Shown: positions 22,793-31,414 of the stretch, piece by piece
Position numbering within the stretch: position 1 is the first letter of the stretch
Layout of the letters: the number at the start of each line of letters is the position of its first letter
Assembly (NCBI GenBank): GCA_010202845.1
Contig: CP047921.1
Location: forward strand, 240,001 to 272,000
Source of the DNA: Candidatus Saccharibacteria bacterium oral taxon 488
GTDB taxonomy: Bacteria; Patescibacteriota; Saccharimonadia; Saccharimonadales; Saccharimonadaceae
Length of the DNA stretch: 32,000 bases
Direction of reading: 5' to 3'
The notes under the pieces: model-generated
Told to the model about the DNA's origin: nothing
The model's input: only the letters and a program-made list of their open reading frames with translations
Databases searched by the model: none
Made by a program: the position numbers and the translations under genes

Positions 22793-23713
22793 ATGATGAG
22801 TATTAAAGAACATCCACCACAGTCGGAAGCGCTTCAGACGAGCGAACCGATTCATGTTCCCGTACTCCTTGAGGTGACCTTGGATAGGTTGCGGCCAGCC
22901 AGAGGCGAGAGGTATCTCGACCTAACGGCTGGCTACGGCGGCCACGTCAGGGAATTCTTAAGAAGGACGGATAATTACTTGGGCGCAGTGCTGGTTGACC
23001 GCGATGATAAAGCGATTAGCACGCTGGGCGATTTGGCCGAAAAAGGCGCGACGCTGATTCACAAGGATTTTGTGAGCGCAGCGCAGGATTTGGTCAAGCA
23101 GGGACGTACATTTGACGTGATTTTGGCTGATTTGGGGGTGTCGTCACCGCAGCTTGACAGAGCAGAGAGAGGTTTTTCGTTTCGGTTTGACGGGCCGCTG
23201 GATATGCGGATGGATAATCGGACAGAAACGACGGCAGCGGATATCGTCAATTCATATTCGGTTGAGGATTTAACGCAGCTGATAACTCGTTACGGCGAGG
23301 AAAGTCCCGGGCGGGCCAGGCGGATTGCGCAGGCAATCGTCAAAGCACGGCCGATTCGGGGAACGACCGAGCTGGCTGATCTGATCAAGCAAACTGTCGG
23401 TCGCGGCGGGATGAAACATCATCCGGCGACTCGCACTTTTCAGGCACTACGCATTGAAGTCAATCACGAACTTCGGCTGATTGAGGAATTATTGCCGCTG
23501 CTGCCACGCCTTCTTACCAGGGGCGGGCGAGTCGGAATAATTAGCTTTCATAGTCTGGAGGATCGATTGGTCAAGCGATATTTCTGGGAACAAGCGGCTG
23601 CTGGCTACGAGGCCGAGCTGATCATCCCAGAGAAAAAACCGGTGTCTGGAACAGAAGATGTTCACAATCCGCGCAGCCGGAGCGCTCAGTTTCGCTACGC
23701 CGTGAAAACATAA
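22793..23713 (+). CDS. rsmH: 16S rRNA (cytosine1402-N4)-methyltransferase
   Basis: HVPVLLEVTLDRL, YLDLTAGYGGH, LADLGVSSPQLD, GFSFRFDGPLDMRM, ISFHSLEDRLVK are typical RsmH/MraW blocks. Confidence 0.9.
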   Translation: MMSIKEHPPQSEALQTSEPIHVPVLLEVTLDRLRPARGERYLDLTAGYGGHVREFLRRTDNYLGAVLVDRDDKAISTLGDLAEKGATLIHKDFVSAAQDLVKQGRTFDVILADLGVSSPQLDRAERGFSFRFDGPLDMRMDNRTETTAADIVNSYSVEDLTQLITRYGEESPGRARRIAQAIVKARPIRGTTELADLIKQTVGRGGMKHHPATRTFQALRIEVNHELRLIEELLPLLPRLLTRGGRVGIISFHSLEDRLVKRYFWEQAAAGYEAELIIPEKKPVSGTEDVHNPRSRSAQFRYAVKT

Positions 23714-23736
23714 ACAAAAAGAAGGAGGGCGACACC

Positions 23737-23808
23737 ATGCCAATCCACATCAAAGTACAATTCCAGGACGCAGAAGCAGCTGAGACCGTTGCGGTACGCC
23801 GCGGCTAA
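23737..23808 (+). CDS. Candidate small ORF (23 aa, MPIHIKVQFQDAEAAETVAVRRG)
   Basis: Canonical AAGGAGG core (GGAGG at 23724-23728), 8 nt before ATG 23737, one of the best SD matches I found in the window. Stop TAA at 23806-23808. No homology evidence. Confidence 0.3.
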   Translation: MPIHIKVQFQDAEAAETVAVRRG

Positions 23809-23966
23809 TAAGCTCGCTTGATAGTTTTCCCGGAAAAAGTATGCAAGCTCGGCGGCTCGCTCTCCTAAGGTGAGGGCGGGCCGACCGGCTGTGTTTTCCC
23901 GTGTCTTTATGACGCGCCACCAAAAGCATTAAACCGTAACAAATTAAACACACACAGAAATTATTT

Positions 23967-24317
23967 ATGCACACACGCTCATCCACCACATTTACTCCGC
24001 GTCGTCCTGGGCCGCAGCTTCGCCGTAACCAGAACGCCACCCGTTTTCGATCACAGACCAAGCTCGGGCCAGTGGCACATACGGTGCTGGTGGCGCTGAT
24101 GATTATGGTGCTGGGGCTGGTGTACTTGACGCAGGCGACCAAGACGACGGCCTATGGCTACGAGGCGGAGGGGCTGGACTCACAGCTGAATGAGCTGGCG
24201 ACGAAAAAGTCAGAGCTAGAGGTGCAGAATGCACGGCTGACGGCGCTCGAAAAGGTCAAGCACAGCAATGTTGCATCGGCGATGAAAACACCGACGCAGA
24301 CGAACTATGCTCGCTAG
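23967..24317 (+). CDS. ftsL: FtsL-like cell-division protein (bitopic, coiled-coil)
   Basis: Basic N-terminus, single TM HTVLVALMIMVLGLVYL, then heptad-like LDSQLNELATKKSELEVQNARLTALEKV. Sits between rsmH and ftsI. Confidence 0.55.
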   Translation: MHTRSSTTFTPRRPGPQLRRNQNATRFRSQTKLGPVAHTVLVALMIMVLGLVYLTQATKTTAYGYEAEGLDSQLNELATKKSELEVQNARLTALEKVKHSNVASAMKTPTQTNYAR

Positions 24318-24350
24318 TTCGGGCAAAAGTGGTACAATAGGACAAGCGGT

Positions 24351-26099
24351 ATGAAACGTCACTTAACGCAATCTCGAACCGGCGTACTCGCTATCATTCT
24401 GTTGGGGATGATGGCGATTTTTGTGATGCGGCTGTTTTATCTACAGATCATTAAACACAGCGAATACGTGTCGCTGGCTCAGGCCAGTCAGCAGCGTCAT
24501 TTTGTCATTCCGGCCGAGCGGGGCAAGCTATATATGATGGATGGCGGCGCGCCCGCTCCCGTGGTGCTCAACCAGACGGTCTATACGGTTATCGCTGATC
24601 CGCAGACGGTCAAGCAGGAGCAGCGCCAGCAGATTATCGCGGCGCTACAGGAAATTGCCGGTGGCGAGGTAGTGAGTGACGCGGCCAAGCGGCTGGAGCG
24701 CACTACCTCTCGTTACGAGGTGCTGGCGCGCAACATCACACGCACCCAGGCCGAGAAGTTAAAGGCCAAGGATTTTGTTGGTATCTTGTATCAAAAGGGG
24801 TCGATTCGTAACTATCCGGAGGGGCAACTGGCAGCGCAGGTGCTAGGCTTCGTGAATGCTGAGGGCAAGGGTCAGTACGGGGTTGAAGGGGCGCTGAATG
24901 ATAAGCTAAAGGGCCGTGATGGCTTGCTCAAAACAGTGGCGGATGTGCGTAATGTACCGCTGACGCTGAGTAAGGACAACGTGCGTGTCGAGGCGAAGTC
25001 GGGCGAGAATGTGGCGTTGTCGATTGATCGCAATGTGCAGAGTCACGCCGAAGAAGCGCTCAAACGAGGTATCGACAAGGCTGGCGCGACCGAGGGTAGC
25101 GTGATGGTGATGAATCCGAATAATGGCCAGGTGTTAGCGATGGCTAATTATCCGACGTATAATCCGGCCGAGTACGCCAAGCAAAAAGACGCAGCAGTGT
25201 TTAGCAACGCGACGACGATGCTGCCGTTCGAGCCGGGCTCCATTGTCAAGACGTTCAGTATGGCGACGGGGATTGATAAGGGTGTGGTGACGCCGCAGTC
25301 AACGTACTCGAACACTGATTGTACTGAGGTGGGGGATCGGAAAATTTGTAATGCCCTAAGGGGCCTCGGCGGCACGACGAGTATGCAGAGTGCGTTTAAT
25401 AATTCGCTCAATGTCGGTATGATCACGATTGCGCGGCGGCTGGGCGATGGATCGACGATCACTCCGGGTGCGCGGCAGACGCTGTATGAGTATTATCACG
25501 ACAAATTTGGGTTCGGTGAGGCGACGGGGATTGAGCTAGCGGAGGCGCCGGGGCTACTCTATACGCCGAATCGGCCGGGGGCGGAGGTGAATTACGCGAA
25601 TATTACGTTTGGGCAGGGTATGAATGCGACGATGGTGCAGGCAGCCAGTGCGTTTTGTTCGGTGGTGAATGGCGGGCAGTATTTTCGACCGACGGTGGTA
25701 GCTGGAACGGTGGATGCGAATGGCGGTTTGAGGTCTTCGGCTGCTTCACCACTGCGCAGGACTATTTCTGAGCAGTCATCAGCCACCATGCGCGGCATGC
25801 TGTCAACAGCGCGGGCGGTTCTCAATCAGCGTATGCCCGATAAAGATAAGCCTGGCTATGATGTCGGCGGCAAGACCGGCACCTCAGAGACGCTGATCAA
25901 TGGTAGCTATACCATGGACGAAACGGTAGCGACGTATATTGGCTATGGTGGCGCAAATCGCCCCGAGTATGTCATAATGGTACGTGTCGCGGCGCCTGGC
26001 AAGCGCAAGAACTTACAGGGTAACATTCACGCTGCACCAATTTTTACTGATATCTCCAACTGGATGATTGATTATATGAAATTAGCACCGAAGGGATAG
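24351..26099 (+). CDS. ftsI: Class B penicillin-binding protein / peptidoglycan D,D-transpeptidase (FtsI-type)
   Basis: N-terminal TM anchor. SxxK in GSIVKTF, SxN in NNSLNVG, KTG in GGKTGTSE. TGgTACAAT at 24330-24338 lies 12 nt upstream. Confidence 0.85.
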   Translation: MKRHLTQSRTGVLAIILLGMMAIFVMRLFYLQIIKHSEYVSLAQASQQRHFVIPAERGKLYMMDGGAPAPVVLNQTVYTVIADPQTVKQEQRQQIIAALQEIAGGEVVSDAAKRLERTTSRYEVLARNITRTQAEKLKAKDFVGILYQKGSIRNYPEGQLAAQVLGFVNAEGKGQYGVEGALNDKLKGRDGLLKTVADVRNVPLTLSKDNVRVEAKSGENVALSIDRNVQSHAEEALKRGIDKAGATEGSVMVMNPNNGQVLAMANYPTYNPAEYAKQKDAAVFSNATTMLPFEPGSIVKTFSMATGIDKGVVTPQSTYSNTDCTEVGDRKICNALRGLGGTTSMQSAFNNSLNVGMITIARRLGDGSTITPGARQTLYEYYHDKFGFGEATGIELAEAPGLLYTPNRPGAEVNYANITFGQGMNATMVQAASAFCSVVNGGQYFRPTVVAGTVDANGGLRSSAASPLRRTISEQSSATMRGMLSTARAVLNQRMPDKDKPGYDVGGKTGTSETLINGSYTMDETVATYIGYGGANRPEYVIMVRVAAPGKRKNLQGNIHAAPIFTDISNWMIDYMKLAPKG

Positions 26100-26101
26100 T
26101 C

Positions 26102-27139
26102 ATGGCAACTGCTTTACAAACAATGACCAACGAATTAACGCACGTATTTTTGCTCAGTGTCGGGGCATTTTTACTAGCGATGTTTCTGACGCCGATTTAT
26201 ACGTTTTTTGCCTATCGGTATCGGTTCTGGAAGCGGCAGCGCTCGGAGAGTACCGACGGCAAAGAGTTGAAGGTTTTTGCTAAATTCCAAGCGGCAAAAT
26301 TGCGGCGAAATATTCCAACGATGGCTGGAGTTATCGGTGTTATTTCGATTTTTGTGGTGACGTTCTCTTGTAATTTAGATCGAGCGCAGACATGGCTGCC
26401 ACTCGCGGCGTTGATCGGCGGTGCCGCGGTTGGGCTCATTGATGACATTATTAATCTACGCGGGCTGGGCGGTGGTGCGGCCGGCTTACGCAGTCCGGTG
26501 AAATTTGCGCTGATTATGCTTATCGGTATCGTCCTTGGCTGGTTTTTCTATACTAAGCTCGGTGTGGCAAGTTTTCACGTGCCGTTCATGGGCGACGTGG
26601 CGATTGGATGGCTGATCATCCCGCTGTTTGCATTTGCGGTGGTAGCAACCGGCAATGCGGTCAATATCTCCGATGGCATGGACGGGCTAGCTGGCGGTCT
26701 CTTGAGTGCTAGTTTCGGCGCATTTGGGGTGATTGCGCTGTTGCAGCAGCAGGTATTGCTGGCGGGGTTTTGCTTTACGGTGGTTGGTGTGCTACTGAGT
26801 TATCTCTGGTTTAATATTTATCCAGCACGGTTTTTCATGGGCGATGTTGGTAGTTTTGCTTACGGGGTAAGTTTGGGGGTGGTGGCGATGTTGACTAATT
26901 CGTTGCTATTATTGCCGGTGATTGGGCTGTTGTTTGTGATCGAGGCGGGCTCGAGCTTGATCCAGATTGTGAGCAAAAAACTCTTTAAGCGCAAAATTTT
27001 CTTGTCAGCGCCGATCCACCATCATCTAGAGGCCAGTGGTTGGCCGGAGACCAAGGTGACGATGCGGTTTTGGGTGATTGGCTGCGTGATGGCGTTTATC
27101 GGCGTGATGCTGGCGCTGGCGGGGGGTCATATTGCGTAA
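26102..27139 (+). CDS. mraY: Phospho-N-acetylmuramoyl-pentapeptide-transferase
   Basis: Ten-TM-type profile with NAVNISDGMDGLAGG, FMGDVGS and PIHHHLE. Confidence 0.9.
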   Translation: MATALQTMTNELTHVFLLSVGAFLLAMFLTPIYTFFAYRYRFWKRQRSESTDGKELKVFAKFQAAKLRRNIPTMAGVIGVISIFVVTFSCNLDRAQTWLPLAALIGGAAVGLIDDIINLRGLGGGAAGLRSPVKFALIMLIGIVLGWFFYTKLGVASFHVPFMGDVAIGWLIIPLFAFAVVATGNAVNISDGMDGLAGGLLSASFGAFGVIALLQQQVLLAGFCFTVVGVLLSYLWFNIYPARFFMGDVGSFAYGVSLGVVAMLTNSLLLLPVIGLLFVIEAGSSLIQIVSKKLFKRKIFLSAPIHHHLEASGWPETKVTMRFWVIGCVMAFIGVMLALAGGHIA

Positions 27140-28415
27140 CCGCACTGCCACCTCAACCGCCAAGGCGGTGCGTCGACACCGGCCGATGTATCAGATCGTG
27201 CTGTATATGGGGTTGTTACTGATGCTCGGGTTGGTGGTGATGTATGCGCTGGGGCCGCAGCGGGCAAATGTGCTGAATCATACCCACGGCGCGAATTATA
27301 GCGACACATTCTTTTTCAATAAACAGCTGGCCAGCGTCATCACTGCTGTGGTGGCGTTTGGTGTGGCGGCGATATTGCCGTATCGGTGGTTGACCGAGAC
27401 GTGGGCCAAGCGGCTGTTCATCGCGGGCTTGGCAGCGTGTTTCTTGTTGGTGGTTTGTGGGGCGTTGCTTCATCTGCCGTTTGCATCGGACACCAACGGT
27501 GCGTACCGCTGGTTTTATCTGGGTGGACTGGGTAGTTTTCAGCCGGCGGAGTTATTGAAATTTGGCTTGCTATTGTTTGTGGCCGGGTTTTTGGCCAAGC
27601 GAGTGCGCCAAGGCAAACTCAACGATATCAACGAGACGCTGATCCCACTTGGTATTATTATGGCGGTGTCGATGTTTGTGGTGGTGGTACTGCAGAAAGA
27701 TTTGGGGACGGGTGTGTCGCTCGTAGCGCTGGTGCTGTCGGTGTTAGCGGTATCAGGGATGGACGCTCGGCTGCTGCGGCGCATCGTGTTTATTATCGCG
27801 GCTGCGGCGTTAGTGCTGACGTTCTCGTCGCCGCATCGCATTGAGCGCGTGATGACCTTTATCCAGGGTGATACGCATCAATCAGCCAGCCGGGATGAAA
27901 ATAATTATCACATCCAACAAGCGCGCATCGCCATCGGTTCGGGCGGCCTACTGGGTCTCGGCATCGGTAAAAGTGTGCAGGCGACAGGTTACCTGCCAGA
28001 GGCGATTAACGACTCGATTTTTGCGGTAATGGGCGAGACCTTTGGCTTTGTTGGTTTGTTAGTGATCTTGGCGCTGTTTTCGGCGCTGCTGCTGAGTCTG
28101 CTCAAGGTGACGTCGCGGCTGGCTGATATGCACTTGCGGCTGGTGGTGGCGGGCGTATTTGGCTGGGTGGCGTCGCATGTGCTGATGAATATTGGCTCGA
28201 TGACGGGGATTATTCCGATGACTGGTATCTCGCTGCCGCTGCTCAGTTATGGCGGCACCAGCATGTTATTTATCGCAGCGGCGCTGGGTCTGGCATTTCA
28301 ACTGTCGGCCTATACGGCGCACAAACCGTTAATGGAAGGAGAGGGAAGTGGCAAAGATCTTGGCGGTCGGCGGCGGCTCGGGCGGACACGTTACGCCAGT
28401 CGTGGCAGTGTGTAA
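27132..28415 (+). CDS. ftsW: SEDS-family peptidoglycan glycosyltransferase FtsW
   Basis: Polytopic membrane protein with QPAELLKF, DLGT, PEAINDSIFAV.GE.FG, LPLLSYGGTS. TTG 27132 overlaps the mraY end; ATG 27186 is an alternative start. Confidence 0.85.
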   Translation: MRNRTATSTAKAVRRHRPMYQIVLYMGLLLMLGLVVMYALGPQRANVLNHTHGANYSDTFFFNKQLASVITAVVAFGVAAILPYRWLTETWAKRLFIAGLAACFLLVVCGALLHLPFASDTNGAYRWFYLGGLGSFQPAELLKFGLLLFVAGFLAKRVRQGKLNDINETLIPLGIIMAVSMFVVVVLQKDLGTGVSLVALVLSVLAVSGMDARLLRRIVFIIAAAALVLTFSSPHRIERVMTFIQGDTHQSASRDENNYHIQQARIAIGSGGLLGLGIGKSVQATGYLPEAINDSIFAVMGETFGFVGLLVILALFSALLLSLLKVTSRLADMHLRLVVAGVFGWVASHVLMNIGSMTGIIPMTGISLPLLSYGGTSMLFIAAALGLAFQLSAYTAHKPLMEGEGSGKDLGGRRRLGRTRYASRGSV

Positions 28416-29511
28416 GGAGTTGCGCTCATCGGGTGATCACGAATTGCGGTTTTGGTGTGATCGGAAGTTTGGTGTTAGCGCCCGCGGTATTTTTGGTAGA
28501 TTTGATGAGACGATCCCGGTTGAGTTGATTATCGCTGGCAAGATCCGTCGCTATCACGGTAAAAGTATGGCATTTCATCTTCGACCGTCAATTTTACTGC
28601 CGAATCTGCGCGATATCTTTTTGGTGGGGGTTGGGTTTATTCAGAGCTTTTGTAAGTTGCTCAGGTGGCGGCCAGATGTGATTTTTATCAAGGGCGGCTA
28701 CGTCTGTCTGCCGGTTGGCTATGCAGCGCGGCTGCTGAAGATTCCGCTGGTGCTGCATGATTCGGATGCGCATCCGGGACTGACCAATCGACTACTGGCG
28801 CCATTTGCTGCCAAGATCGGCACCGGGGCGCCGCTGGAGCACTATAATTATCCTGATGTCAAGGCGGAGTATGTCGGCATTCCGGTGGCTGAGGAATTTC
28901 GACCATACAGCGCGGCCGAACGGCGGCAGCTAAAGGCCAAGTTTGGCTTTGATCCAGCGCGGCCGCTGGTGGTGGTGACTGGCGGTGGACTGGGAGCAGC
29001 GCGCCTCAACGAGGCGGTGGTAGCCACGCGCGAGCAGCTGCTAGCCGAGGCGTCGGTGTTCTTGATCTCTGGCAAACATCAGTTTGACGAGCTGAAGGAG
29101 CGGGCTGACGAGCGAGCGGGCTGGCGCTTAGAGGCGTTCGTCCATCACGGTATGGCCGAAGTACTAGCGGCGGCAGATGTAGTGGTGGCGCGAGCCGGTG
29201 CGACGACGCTGCTGGAGCTGGCGGCGCTGCATAAACCAGCGGTGATCGTGCCGAATGGTATGTTGACGGCTGGTCATCAGCTCAAAAATGCCAAGGTGTA
29301 TCAGGACGCGCTGGCGGCAGTGATCGTTGAGGAGTCGACGCTGGAACAGACGCCAGAGGTGCTGAGCAAGAAGGTCATCGGCCTCGTCAAGTCGCCGCGG
29401 ATTTTGGCCGGCCTCGGGCGAAACATCGGTACATTTGCCAAGCCCAACGCCGCCAAGGATATGGCAGCGATGCTCCTCACCGTTATCCGCCGGCAGGGGA
29501 GGCGTCGGTGA
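28348..29511 (+). CDS. murG: UDP-N-acetylglucosamine--N-acetylmuramyl-(pentapeptide) pyrophosphoryl-undecaprenol GlcNAc transferase
   Basis: ILAVGGGSGGHVTP glycine-rich N-terminus, VVTGGGLGA, ARAGATTLLELAALHKPAVIVP. GTG 28348 follows GGAAGGAGAGGGAA. Overlaps ftsW by 68 nt. Confidence 0.85.
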   Translation: MAKILAVGGGSGGHVTPVVAVCKELRSSGDHELRFWCDRKFGVSARGIFGRFDETIPVELIIAGKIRRYHGKSMAFHLRPSILLPNLRDIFLVGVGFIQSFCKLLRWRPDVIFIKGGYVCLPVGYAARLLKIPLVLHDSDAHPGLTNRLLAPFAAKIGTGAPLEHYNYPDVKAEYVGIPVAEEFRPYSAAERRQLKAKFGFDPARPLVVVTGGGLGAARLNEAVVATREQLLAEASVFLISGKHQFDELKERADERAGWRLEAFVHHGMAEVLAAADVVVARAGATTLLELAALHKPAVIVPNGMLTAGHQLKNAKVYQDALAAVIVEESTLEQTPEVLSKKVIGLVKSPRILAGLGRNIGTFAKPNAAKDMAAMLLTVIRRQGRRR

Positions 29512-30425
29512 AATTACCCTTTTCTCGGGCAAAATCTACGCCAACCACACGCCGCGAAATTGCGGCTCGTCGTCAAGCGGCGCTGATTAACGAGGATAGC
29601 TCATTTGAAACAGCCTATCGCCGTAATCGCAATCTCAACACTCGCCACACCGCCTCGCCAGTCGAGACCTCAGAGCGCACGGTTCAGCATGCGAAATCTC
29701 GGCGTCGCCGGACGCGGTGGATTATCCTTCTTAGCAGCGCGCTAGTGCTTATGATCATTGGTCTACTCGCATGGCAATGTACCATCACAGTTTCGGTGCA
29801 AACGCCAGATGCGGCGAGCGCCAAAGAGGCCGATCGCTACCACCGCCTCATCGATGAATATCTCAGTGCACGTCCGGTCGAGCGATTCTTGTTTGTACTG
29901 AATCACCAGTCGCTGGCTAGTTTTTTCCTCGAGAAAGCCCCGGAGGTCAAGACGGTTCGCCTCGAGGCCGACCAGCTCGCCAGACCGCGCCTCAAACTTA
30001 CCTTTCGCCAGCCAGTTGTCCAGTGGACTTCTGGTGATAAAAGCTATTTTGTTGACGATGCGGGTGTGACGTTCTCGACCACCTACGCGAGCTCGCCGTC
30101 AGTCATCGTCAAAGACCAGAGTGGTGTGCCGACTGCAGCCGGCCAGGAGGTTATCAATCGCCACTTTCTCAGCTTTCTCGGTCAAGCTGTCGCCGGCTTT
30201 CGTGAGCACCAGCTAGAGGTTACGGAAATTATCCTGCCACAAAACACCGTCCGCCAGGCGCTTCTGTCAATCAAGGGCCGTCCATACAGTATTAAAATGA
30301 CCACCGACAGGGAGGCAGCAGCGCAGGTAGCGCAAGCGGTCAAGGCCATGACACTCTTCCAGAGTAGTGGCGCGGCTCCTGCATATATTGATGTGCGTGT
30401 CAATCAGCGAGTGTTTTATAAGTAG
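29508..30425 (+). CDS. ftsQ: FtsQ/DivIB-like cell-division protein (POTRA)
   Basis: Basic N-terminus, TM IILLSSALVLMIIGLLAW, and a POTRA-like PEVKTVRLEADQLARPRLKLTFRQPVVQWTSGDKSYFVDDAGVTF. GTGA overlap with murG, with GGGGAGG upstream. Confidence 0.65.
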   Translation: MKLPFSRAKSTPTTRREIAARRQAALINEDSSFETAYRRNRNLNTRHTASPVETSERTVQHAKSRRRRTRWIILLSSALVLMIIGLLAWQCTITVSVQTPDAASAKEADRYHRLIDEYLSARPVERFLFVLNHQSLASFFLEKAPEVKTVRLEADQLARPRLKLTFRQPVVQWTSGDKSYFVDDAGVTFSTTYASSPSVIVKDQSGVPTAAGQEVINRHFLSFLGQAVAGFREHQLEVTEIILPQNTVRQALLSIKGRPYSIKMTTDREAAAQVAQAVKAMTLFQSSGAAPAYIDVRVNQRVFYK

Positions 30426-30505
30426 CGGGCAGGGGTGAATTACTCGTCCGCGTGGGTTGTAGGTCGAGCCACCAATAGGGTAGAGACGGAGCCCATTACT
30501 CCGCT

Positions 30506-30529
30506 AGTTCGCTTTTTGTTCGTTTATCA
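30506..30529 (+). repeat. Direct repeat copy 1: AGTTCGCTTTTTGTTC(gt)TTATCA
   Basis: 16-nt exact match with 31394-31409, plus a TATCA tail after a 2-nt indel. Preceded by a small hairpin (CGGAG/CTCCG, 30487-30503). Confidence 0.6.
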
Positions 30530-31393
30530 GAGGATTAAGAAAAACATAATTATAATATCAAAATAGTAAAAAATCAAATAGGGTGCTTGTAGAAAAATAG
30601 AGCAGGGGAATAAAATAGGAAAAAGTCAAATGTTTGTAGGCTTAACCAGCGGGATGCTGTGTTTGTCGTGCATGGTCTCGTATAAGCGCATATGCCCATG
30701 CTGGGTGGTGCCTTGTGATGTGGAAAAGTCTACGAGTTACGCCTAGATTGTAACAACGTTTAGTTTGGTAAGGCCTAGCTTGATATTTATTTGAGAGACG
30801 GAGACGACGCTGGCGCTGGAGGCATCCCAAACTCCCCCGGCTGAAAGTCGAAAGTGGTTAGTGTGGCCCGTTCTGTTTATGGTAGCTTGAACGTGTCCTG
30901 GTGTTAGCACTCACCGTAGTACGGTGAAAGCCCGGAGGAGATCCCCCGCCGCAAGAGGTGTTAGGCGAAAAAGTTATAAAGGGTATATTAAGTGTATGTA
31001 TAACGAAGTTTAGCGTATCAAAATAACCATAATACGTAAAAGCTACCTTGTGCGACATTAAATTATCTACGAAAAGACGTATGCTCTATCGTCTCTTCGC
31101 GATAATATTTTTTGTTTTGTATATAATGCCTGGTCTAGTTTTGACTGCCCTTTACTGGACGCCCCGTGCTGTTACCGTGATTGACGGATAAATCTACCAA
31201 ATGTGGTTTTGCGGAATTTACTGAAAACTTAGATTTGTTTTATTACCTCGGCGTTTTATGTTTTATGGTGATTGAGCGCTTCTGTCTTTGTTCTCGTTTA
31301 TTGCCAGTAATTAATTGTGTTGCTAATAATTATTATAATAAAGTCTGTGCATGCTTATACATGAATCTTGGGGGCTGAAAGCTCAATATAACA

Positions 31394-31414
31394 AGTTCGC
31401 TTTTTGTTCTATCA
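31394..31414 (+). repeat. Direct repeat copy 2: AGTTCGCTTTTTGTTCTATCA
   Basis: Matches 30506-30529. Preceded by a GCT-GAAA-AGC mini-hairpin. Confidence 0.6.

Noticed and set aside
30426-30470. tmRNA/tRNA-like ends (GGGGTGA... and ...GAGCCACCA)
   Set aside because: No T-arm (GGTTCGAnnCC-type) or acceptor pairing of the right geometry could be built. The span is only about 45 nt.
30830-30960. RNase P-like (GCTGAAAGTCG; complement ACAGAACGGGCC), cobalamin-riboswitch-like (GGTGAAAGCCC...CCCGCCGC) and T-box-like (GGGTGGTGCC at about 30704) motifs
   Set aside because: The two RNase P-like motifs lie on opposite strands. The riboswitch and T-box resemblances are partial, lack the other conserved blocks, and have no appropriate downstream gene. 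This needs a covariance-model search rather than matching by eye.
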